This document shows positions 56,388 to 64,000 of a DNA stretch of 64,000 nucleotides, piece by piece; the first letter of the stretch is position 1, and each line of letters opens with the position of its first letter. Below the pieces are notes generated by a model that worked only from the letters and a program-made list of their open reading frames with translations, was not told the DNA's origin and did not search any database. The DNA lies in contig CAWGMQ010000006.1 in NCBI GenBank assembly GCA_963823665.1, positions 1 to 64,000 on the forward strand, in the 5' to 3' direction. The position numbers and the translations under genes are program-made. The DNA comes from an uncultured Planctomycetota bacterium (GTDB lineage Bacteria > Planctomycetota > Planctomycetia > Isosphaerales > Isosphaeraceae).

Positions 56388-58780
56388 ATGCGAACATTTT
56401 GGTGGACGTGTGTCATTCTTCTGTCCGCGCTCCAACTCGGCAGCGCTGCGTTCGCCCAGGCGCTGCGCCGAAGCTTGCGGACTACTTCGGGTTCTTGCCG
56501 CTGGAGTTGTACAAGCTCGACAGCCGGATTGGCAACCTTCAAGTCGCAGACTTAGACGGCGACAAGATCGGCGATATCATCATCAGCAACAATGGCCGGT
56601 CGCGGATCGACATGCTGCTTTCGACCAAAAAGCCGGCGGATGACAAGGCGTCGCGGCCTTTCCGCAAAGACCCGAACGAGCTGGAATACGACCGCAGGAT
56701 GCGGCTCTCGAGCATCACGGTCAACAAGGAAGTCGTGAGCATCGATACCGGCGACTTCAACGGAGACGGCAAGCCGGACCTGGTGTTTTACGGAACGCCT
56801 GCCGAACTCACGATTCTCTTCAACGACGGCAAAGCCGGGTTCAGCGAGTCGAAGAAAATCCCGTGCGGCGATCTCGTTCAAAAGCCGAGTGCGGTGGCGG
56901 TGGGGGACCTGGATCAGGACGGGCGCGACGACATCGCGATGCTGGGCGACAAGGAGCTGTCGTTCGTTTATCAGACGGCCACGGGCGTCTTGAGCGAGCC
57001 CGAGCGCGTGCCGCATACCGCGAGCTCGCCCTGGTTGATCAAGGCACATCGACATCGACGGCGATCACGCGAAAGACATTGTGATCGTCGACACGGAGGG
57101 CGACCACCCGATCCATATCCGGTTCTCGACCGACGAGAAGAAGCTGGGGCCGGAACAGCGATTTGCGCTGGACATGCCGCACGCGATCGCGTTTGGCCAG
57201 ATGGACGGCAAAGGGGGCTCGGAGATCCTGGTCCTCGAGGGACAGTCGGGCAGGGCGCGGGTGCTTTCGCTCGACCAGTCCGCGGCCGACGAGAGCAACA
57301 AGCGCGGACGGCTGGCTTTTTTTGCACTGCCGCAGGGGAACGAGCGCGGGAGGTCGACTGACGTCGGCGACTTGAACGGCGACAAGCGCAAGGACGTGAT
57401 CGTCACCGATCCTGCCAATGCGCAAGTTTGGGTTTATCTTCAGACCGGCCATTCGGGGCTCTCCTCGGGCCAGACTTTTCCCAGCCTGGGGAACGCCCGC
57501 ACGGTCCGTATTCTGCAAGGAAGTGACGGCAAAGCGGAGGTGTACGTCCTCTCCGAACAGGAAAAGCAAATCGGCCGGAGCACATTTGAGAATGGGCGAT
57601 TGAGTTTTCCGGCGCCTGTGGCGCTTGAAGGCGACCCGGTGGCGATGGACGTGGCGGACCTGGACGGCGACAAGACGCCCGAGATTGTTTAGTATCGCCA
57701 AGTATGTCGTCGCACCCGAAGCCCGGCACGGACGTCGATTCATTCGAGCTGAGGGCACTCACGCGAGGGCCGGACGGCGAGATGAAGTCGAAGCGGTGGG
57801 GGCAGGCTGCTTCGGTGCAACTCGCCGGCGTGACGGCGGCTCCCTCGGCGATCAAGGCTGTTGACATCAATCAGGATGGGCGAAGCGACTTGCTGCTTTT
57901 CAGGGATTACGGGTCGCCGACGCTGGTCTTGAGCGAAAAAGACGGTCCGCCGCGGATCTTCACGGCGAGCCTGGGACCCCTCTCAACGGCTGGCGCCGGC
58001 GGGCGTGAGCATCATGAATCTGGACGGGCCGGCGACGCTCGTGGCACAGAATACGTTTGCGCGCCGGGTGCTGCTCGACACGTGACGGACTCTGGAAGAT
58101 CAAGGACCAGTACAACGCCGGACGAAACTCGGCCAGGATTCTGGGAGCGGCCGCTCTGGATACCGACGGCGACGGCACCAAGGAGATCGCGCTGCTCGAC
58201 CAACCGTCGCGGTCGCTCTTGTTCCTCTCGAACAAGAACGGCGTTTATCGGCCCAGCGGCACACTCTCGGTGGGCTCGATCGAACTTCGCGGGGATGCAC
58301 GTTGCAGACCTCGATTCGGATGGACGAGACGATCTTTTGATTGCGGGGACCGACCGGTTCGGTGTGCTGCAGACCGGGCTTCACGGGCAGCGATTGAAAT
58401 CGATCGCCACGTATGAATCCAAGCGCACCGACGCCAAACTGGCCGACCTCGCCGCCGGCGATTTGAACGCGGACGGGACGCCGGACGTGGTCTTCACGGA
58501 CATCGGCGAGCAGTCGATCGAGATTGCGAGCTTCGCCGGGGACCCGGAGCTGGTCTCCGGCATCACCTTCAAACTGTTTGAGCGCAAGTCGTTCCGTAAC
58601 GCAGCGGAGACGATCGAGCCGCGCGACATGGCGATTGGCGACGTGGACGGCGACGGCCGGCTGGACATCATTCTGATCATTCACGATCGAGTGGTCGTGT
58701 TGCGTCAAGACGCGGGAAAGCCCGGGGCCAAGCCAGGCGGGGCCGCGAGCAAGCCGGCGACGGCGGCGGTGCCGAAGTAG
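56388..58780 (+). CDS. Exported FG-GAP/VCBS-repeat beta-propeller protein (several frameshifts)
   Basis: Signal peptide MRTFWWTCVILLSALQLGSAAFA; many DLDGDxxxD / DFNGDGKPD motifs across ORFs 56399-57361, 57081-57692, 57704-58780 and 58057-58416. Confidence 0.85.
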
Positions 58781-58982
58781 GACGTCGACACGGGGACGGA
58801 CGTCCTTCTATTTTCCGACTCGAAATCCCTCCCTCCTTGCGCATTTCGCGGGGATGCTCTGACTTCGCCGCGCTGATCTTGACGAATTGGGCAATCGTCG
58901 CAATACAGGGACGCGATATTGTCTTGCCGGAATCGGCTTAGCGGTTGGCCTGGATGAGCCGGGTCGAGTGAGGAGGCCAGGG

Positions 58983-60414
58983 ATGGCGGCAGCGGTAGGG
59001 ACGCGGCAGGAAACACAGTGGTGGGGATATGCCGGCGCGGCGGCGATGCTGCTCCTGGCGTTCCTGTTTCCGATCGGCCTGATGATCTTTAACCCGACAC
59101 TGATGTTCGCGCGGGTGGGAGCAATATGTCGGGACGGCGATCTATTTCTGGGCTGTTCTGACCTTGAGCCGCGAGCTGCATCGGCTGTGGAAGAACGAAA
59201 GGGCGTTTCCGGAGGCGCCGCGGTTGCTCAAACGGCTGACGGACGGGGCGGCGGGCGGTGGGTCGGCTGGCGGGGGGACGGAGGGAAGACCTTTCGCGGA
59301 GCGAAAGGCGACAATGGGGAGCGCTGGCAGTGGTGCGTCGGATGCCGGGAGCGCGCGTGTCGATGCGGTTCCGGGAGTACTCTCGGACCGGATTCGACAG
59401 TTGGCGGGGTGCTTGAAGGAGAATTCGCGGCCGTCGGTGACGCAACTCATGGAGGTGAACCGAGAGAGCTCCGGGCTCGATCAGGAGCAGATGGCGGGTC
59501 GATTCACGTTGACTCGCTATATCCTCTATCTTCTTCCGGTGATTGGCTTTATCGGCACGGTCGAGGGAATCTCGCGCGCCTTGATGAATATCAGCAAGGT
59601 GCTACCGATGGTGAAGAACCTCGATGGATTCCTGACGAATTTGACGAGCGTGACGGCGGCATTGCAGATTGCGTTTGACAGCACGCTGCTGGCGCTTTTC
59701 TTGAGCGCGGCGCTCATGCTGGTGCAGACGCTCGTACATCGGCGAGCGGAGGATCTGCTGGCCCGGGTCGACCGGTGGGTGGTGGACCATTTGTTGCCGA
59801 GGGTCGGTACGGACGATCCTGTGTCGAGCAGGCTGATCGAAGTGATCGGGCCGTATGTGGATGAGCTGGGGAAGAAGCTGGCGCTCGTGATCGAGCCGGC
59901 TGCGCGTTCGTTGCATGAACAGGCTGAAAAGCTGGGTGAGAGCCTGCGAGGGCCGATCACGCATTTCGCCAGCGGAGTCGAGCGGCTACCGGCGGCACTG
60001 GCGTCGTTTCGAGAGGGGGCCGACGCCATCGGGCGCGTCGGCAGTGACCTCGAGGCCATTGGATCGGCCAGCGAATCGCTTTCGCGATCGTCGACGAGCT
60101 TGTCACGGATCGAGCTTGTGCTGGCCAAGTGGCCATCGACGGATCCACGTCTTGAAGAAATCCAGCGGGGGATCGAGCGAACGGGCACGGCGATCGAGTC
60201 GCTGGCGGGCTCGTGGTCGGCCGCGTATGAACGCTCGAGCCGGGCCACTCAGGAGCAGCTTGCTCACAGCTTGACTAACCTCAAGGATGCGCTGGAGATG
60301 CTGAACGTGAGCATGGAGCAAGGGAACGCGCTGTATCGAAGCATCGTCAAGAAGCTGTTCGACGAGCGCAGCGAGACGGGACCGCAACGAGGCGATTCCA
60401 TTCGCGTGGCGTGA
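58983..60414 (+). CDS. MotA/TolQ/ExbB proton-channel family protein with helical C-terminal tail (frameshift at about 59110)
   Basis: GAGGAGG before ATG 58983; N-terminal TM helices; LLPVIGFIGTVEGIS and LQIAFDSTLLAL channel helices. Confidence 0.85.
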
Positions 60415-60453
60415 TTCGATGCGGTAACGAGAAGTCTGACGGGAGGCACGGCG

Positions 60454-61242
60454 ATGCGGCGGTCGCGGCGAGGCGGGGGCTCGGGCGTCGAGTTTGGCAG
60501 TTCCGGCGAAGACTCGTTCGTCGCGGTGGTCGTCACCAAACTGACCGGTGCGCTTTTGTTCATATTGCTTCTGACGATGGTCATCATGGCGCTGTTACCC
60601 AAAGCGGTGGACCTTGACGAGCGGAAGAACCAGACATCGGAATCGGGGAGTCAGAAAGGGCGGGGGCCGCTCAGGATTGCGACGCCCCCGCGACTACCCG
60701 AAGCGATTGCCGGGCGGGCGTACCTCGTGGCGCTGGCGGCGAGTGGCGGCAGCGGGCCGCCGGACTGGTCGGCTACTGGGGCACTGCCGGGCTGGCTGAG
60801 CCTGGATCGAGAAACCGGCCGCATCGGCGGCACGCCACCCGAGGAGACCAAGGAGCCGCTCGAATTTGAAGTCCAGGTGAGCGACGGAGGCGACACCGAC
60901 TCAGTTAAATTTGGGCTCACGGTCTTGCCTTATCAATCGGAACCGGTTCGTGTGTGGAAACGACTGGTGAACGGCGTTCACTGGAGCGCGTGGCTTGAAC
61001 AGGGAGTCGGGTTCCTGGTGCTGTGGCTGGTGCACCTGGTCGGGATGAACCTCCTGGCGAACGCGGAACGCGGATCAGTTGCTGAGATCGCCGAATTCGA
61101 GAATTCCGAGAGTGAGCAAGGTGTTGTGCGAAAGCGGTTTGCGCGCTACCGGTTGATCGTTCGGGTGGTGAGTCTGGCGGCGATGCTGGCGCTCTTGGGA
61201 TGGCTGTTGGCTGCTCCCATGCTGGCTCCCACTTCGGGGTGA
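60454..61242 (+). CDS. Membrane protein with putative Ig (He_PIG/cadherin-like) domain
   Basis: GGAGG SD; N-terminal TM; LPEAIAGRAY...ASGGSGP..W...GALPGWLSLD..TGRIGGTP...VQVSD motif; two further TM segments. Confidence 0.8.
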   Translation: MRRSRRGGGSGVEFGSSGEDSFVAVVVTKLTGALLFILLLTMVIMALLPKAVDLDERKNQTSESGSQKGRGPLRIATPPRLPEAIAGRAYLVALAASGGSGPPDWSATGALPGWLSLDRETGRIGGTPPEETKEPLEFEVQVSDGGDTDSVKFGLTVLPYQSEPVRVWKRLVNGVHWSAWLEQGVGFLVLWLVHLVGMNLLANAERGSVAEIAEFENSESEQGVVRKRFARYRLIVRVVSLAAMLALLGWLLAAPMLAPTSG

Positions 61243-61449
61243 AGGCCCTGACTGGCGGGAACTTGGCGATTGCTTCTTGTGGGCGCGGTCCCTGCACGTC
61301 AGAATAATCTTGGTGAATTTTTGGAAGTAGTCAGGCCCGAACTGTCTGAACTGCCGCTACTTTCACTAATAATGCACAACGAGGGCCTCGGCGTTTCGAG
61401 GGCACCCGGAACCAGGAAGCTAATCGGCGTCGAGCCAGAGGAGTTTGTG

Positions 61450-62877
61450 ATGGCACGACTTAAATTGACGATCATCACAACCGCGACATTCTTAACATTG
61501 GCGGCCTGCGCGTTGACCTCGCTTGCCCAACAGCAGCAGCAGCCGGGAGGTCAGCAGCAGGGCGGTGGCCGTGGCGGGCCAGGTGGTGGCAGAGGCGGGC
61601 CTGGTGGCGGGTTCGGCGGCGGGTTCGGCGGCGGGGGCTTCAATAGCCTTCTGGGTTTGGCGTCGAACGAGGGCATTCAGAAGGCCGAGCTGAAGACGAC
61701 CGACAAGCAGAAGGCCGCGATCAAGGGGATTTCGGATAAGATCGCCGCCAAGACGCGTGAGCTCACGACGGCAATGGGATTCGGCGGCGGCGGGCCGGGT
61801 GGCTTCTTTGGCGGCGGGCCGGGTGGTGGTCCGGGCGGCGGCGGTAACGGTGGTGGTGGTGGCAATAACAATGGCCAAGGTGGAGGCCGCCGAGGAGCCC
61901 AGAATGGTGGGAACGGTGGCGGCGGCGGTGGGAACGGCGGCGGCGGAAATGGCGGCGGCGGTGGTGGAAATGGCGGTGGCCGTGGCGGTCGTTTCAACAT
62001 GACGCCGGAGCAGCAGGAACAGATGCAAGAGTTCCGGGATACGATGACGCAGCTTCGCACGTCTGCCGAGCAAAGCCTGGGCAAGATCCTGGACAAAAAG
62101 CAGGTGGCGCGTCTGAAGCAGATTCAGCTCCAACTTGACCCTTCGGGACCGTGGATCGTTCTGCGAGAAGACATGATCGAGAAGCTGAACCTGACGGAGG
62201 AGCAGGTGGCCCAGCTCACCGAGATGCGCGACGGCCAGCGGCAAGTCGAGCGGGACATGCGGAAGACGAACCGGGAGGCGATGGACGCCGCGATGAAGAA
62301 GGCTAATCCCGATTTCCAGGGGTTTGGGTTTAACGGCGGCAATCGCGGCAACCGCGGCAATCGCGGGAACAACAACGGAAACGCCGGGAATGCCGGCGGA
62401 AATAACGGCGGAGGCCAGAACGGTAATCGGGGCAACCAGCAGCAATTTGACCCCGCAGCGTTCCAGAAGATGCGGGACGAAATGCAGAAGATGAATGAGA
62501 TGCCGGAGGTCAAGGAGGAAAGAGAGAAGCAGCAAGCGAAGCAGAAAGCCCTGGAAAACGATTCTTACGCAATGATCACCAAGGCGCTGTATCCGCGTCA
62601 GCGAGCGACGCTCAAGAGTTTGGTCGGCCCGACGTTTGACCGAACCGTCATGGGTGGTGGTGGGCCCTTTGGTAGATTCGGCGGTGGTGGACCCGGCGGC
62701 GTGACAAAGAACGGCGGGGCCACGAACGGCCAGGCTGCTGCGAAAGCGAATCCCGAAGACGAAGACGAGGCGCCTGCCGCCACGGCGGCGCCGCCGAAGC
62801 CAGCGGCCCCGGCCAAGCCGGCGGCGACATCTCCGAAACGAAAGAGTCTTCGCGAGCTGCGCGGGGACGACGAGTGA
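61450..62877 (+). CDS. Exported Gly/Asn/Gln-rich protein with LTxxQ (Spy/CpxP-like) helical motifs
   Basis: GAGGAG SD; signal peptide ending in SLA; TDKQK, MTPEQ, LDKKQVARLKQIQLQ and LNLTEEQ motifs; long GGN/GGP tracts. Confidence 0.8.
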   Translation: MARLKLTIITTATFLTLAACALTSLAQQQQQPGGQQQGGGRGGPGGGRGGPGGGFGGGFGGGGFNSLLGLASNEGIQKAELKTTDKQKAAIKGISDKIAAKTRELTTAMGFGGGGPGGFFGGGPGGGPGGGGNGGGGGNNNGQGGGRRGAQNGGNGGGGGGNGGGGNGGGGGGNGGGRGGRFNMTPEQQEQMQEFRDTMTQLRTSAEQSLGKILDKKQVARLKQIQLQLDPSGPWIVLREDMIEKLNLTEEQVAQLTEMRDGQRQVERDMRKTNREAMDAAMKKANPDFQGFGFNGGNRGNRGNRGNNNGNAGNAGGNNGGGQNGNRGNQQQFDPAAFQKMRDEMQKMNEMPEVKEEREKQQAKQKALENDSYAMITKALYPRQRATLKSLVGPTFDRTVMGGGGPFGRFGGGGPGGVTKNGGATNGQAAAKANPEDEDEAPAATAAPPKPAAPAKPAATSPKRKSLRELRGDDE

Positions 62878-62931
62878 GTCAGCCAGGGGCGTTTTCCTCG
62901 GCCCAGTGTTGTACCAAATAACCCAGCAGTC

Positions 62932-62970
62932 ACGGCCCTTCCAGGGCAAAATCCCTGGAAGGGCCGTTTT
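62932..62970 (+). terminator. Probable Rho-independent terminator
   Basis: Perfect 15-bp stem ACGGCCCTTCCAGGG-CAAAAT-CCCTGGAAGGGCCGT followed by TTT, 55 nt after the stop codon. Confidence 0.75.
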
Positions 62971-63090
62971 CGTTGTGGGGGGATCTGGTCTTCCCACGAC
63001 TTGGCATTGCACGTATAAGTTGCCGTGGGTGTCGCCCTGAATGGCTTTTCGTCATTCCGGGACGGTGATCCGCCCGGGCATGGCACACTG

Positions 63091-63190
63091 GCCACTGGCG
63101 GAGCCAGTGGCACGTGGCACCCATCCGGCAACTTCGGCGCACGGCACACGGAGTGTGCCTGCTACACCGGAACAGCGGCGGAGCCAGTGC
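63091..63190. repeat. REP-like hairpins GCCACTGGC-GGA-GCCAGTGGC and GGCACAC-GGA-GTGTGCC-TGCTAC (GTAG-type on minus strand)
   Basis: Palindromes at 63091-63111 and 63143-63165; degenerate copy near 63173. Confidence 0.8.
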
Positions 63191-63278
63191 GTCACACCGC
63201 AGTCGCGTGAATTTGCGTGGGTTGCGCTTCGGGGCGGCGGGTGAATCGCGCGGGCGTGCCGATCGCGCGGGGGGTGGA

Positions 63279-63953
63279 ATGATGCGTGCGGGTCGGAGGC
63301 TCGTTGTCCCCTTTGTTCTCCTGGGCTGCTTACTCGTTCCGGTCTCGAAGGGAACCGCGTTTGGCGCCGAGCCGCTGGATGACCGGCTGGGAGTGCGTAC
63401 GCCGCTGCTCTTTCTCTTGGTCCGGTCAGACATCCAAAAGGATCTCGGGCTCGAGCCGACCAAAATCGCCGAGGTTAATCGGTTTGCCGCAATGCTGTAC
63501 GGCAGGGCGCTCGGGTTGAAGGGCAAGTCCGGCCCCGGAGTGGTCGCCGCACGGCGGGCAATTGATGAAGCGGGTAGCGAATGGCTGAGCAAGTATTTGA
63601 CGCCCGAACAGCGCGAGCGGCTGGGCCAGATCGACCTCCAGTGGGAGGGAGTCTCTGCGCTGCTCAGCCGGCCAGTCGTCATCGACTTCCTGGGACTGAC
63701 GGATGAGCAGCGGGATCAGGTGTCGCGAGTCTATGGCGATCGGATGAAAGCTCGCGTTCGACAGGGTCCGTTGACTTACGAGGAACACATCGAGATCACG
63801 AGGAAAGCGATCGCAGTCCTTACCGACAAGCAGAAGCGTCTCTGGGCGAAGGTTCTGGGACGGCCGTGCCGGTTTGCGATCGGAGCCGACACGCCGGCAC
63901 AAGCTCGGCCATCGGGTGGTCAAAAAGCGACCGAGGCTGCTGGTCGAGGCTAA
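63279..63953 (+). CDS. Exported hypothetical protein with LTxxQ helical motifs
   Basis: Signal peptide ending in AFG-A; LTPEQRERLGQIDLQ, LGLTDEQ and VLTDKQKRLW motifs. Confidence 0.8.
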   Translation: MMRAGRRLVVPFVLLGCLLVPVSKGTAFGAEPLDDRLGVRTPLLFLLVRSDIQKDLGLEPTKIAEVNRFAAMLYGRALGLKGKSGPGVVAARRAIDEAGSEWLSKYLTPEQRERLGQIDLQWEGVSALLSRPVVIDFLGLTDEQRDQVSRVYGDRMKARVRQGPLTYEEHIEITRKAIAVLTDKQKRLWAKVLGRPCRFAIGADTPAQARPSGGQKATEAAGRG

Positions 63954-64000
63954 GGCGCGGCGGCCGGCGCGCGAACGCGGAAGCGGAAGTCGCAATGCGA

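Noticed and set aside
58983..61242. Zorya anti-phage system (ZorAB)
   Set aside because: The partner lacks the OmpA-like domain and the TM Asp, and no ZorC/D/E-like genes are adjacent.

Overview
High-GC bacterial DNA that looks planctomycetal (Isosphaeraceae-like), judged from two planctomycete-type 'RR..R..LE.R.LL' N-terminal signals, a DUF1559 prepilin-like gene, an ECF sigma/Ser-Thr kinase pair and many palindromic REP-like repeats. It carries scattered 1-2 nt indels typical of a long-read consensus. Positions 31216 to <1 (minus) are one giant modular surface-protein gene (>10,400 codons, running off the window). Its modules are NHL propellers, a long parallel beta-helix, a 510/507-bp tandem array, Ig-like, CARDB, PKD, FG-GAP and RTX-like repeats, and a metzincin-like motif. 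A Ser/Thr kinase-TPR gene is divergent from it, followed by a decaying UPF0175/DUF3368 toxin-antitoxin pair. A minus-strand cassette then reads ECF sigma > kinase-WD40 > DUF1559 > second surface protein (lipase-like domain, dockerin; split by an ISL3). The ECF and DUF1559 genes share the same TCTTGTCAGA-N15-GCGGG promoter-like motif. An IS1182-family element sits exactly in the 3-nt loop of a REP hairpin, and the same REP is translated in frame inside a MotA/TolQ-like gene. The right end holds a gene with DNA-level CGAAACGAAG repeats, an FG-GAP / MotA-TolQ-like / Ig-domain membrane-protein cluster resembling a non-canonical stator, and two LTxxQ-motif exported proteins. No rRNA, tRNA, CRISPR array or reverse transcriptase was seen. 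All family calls come from motif recognition by eye, not from database searches.
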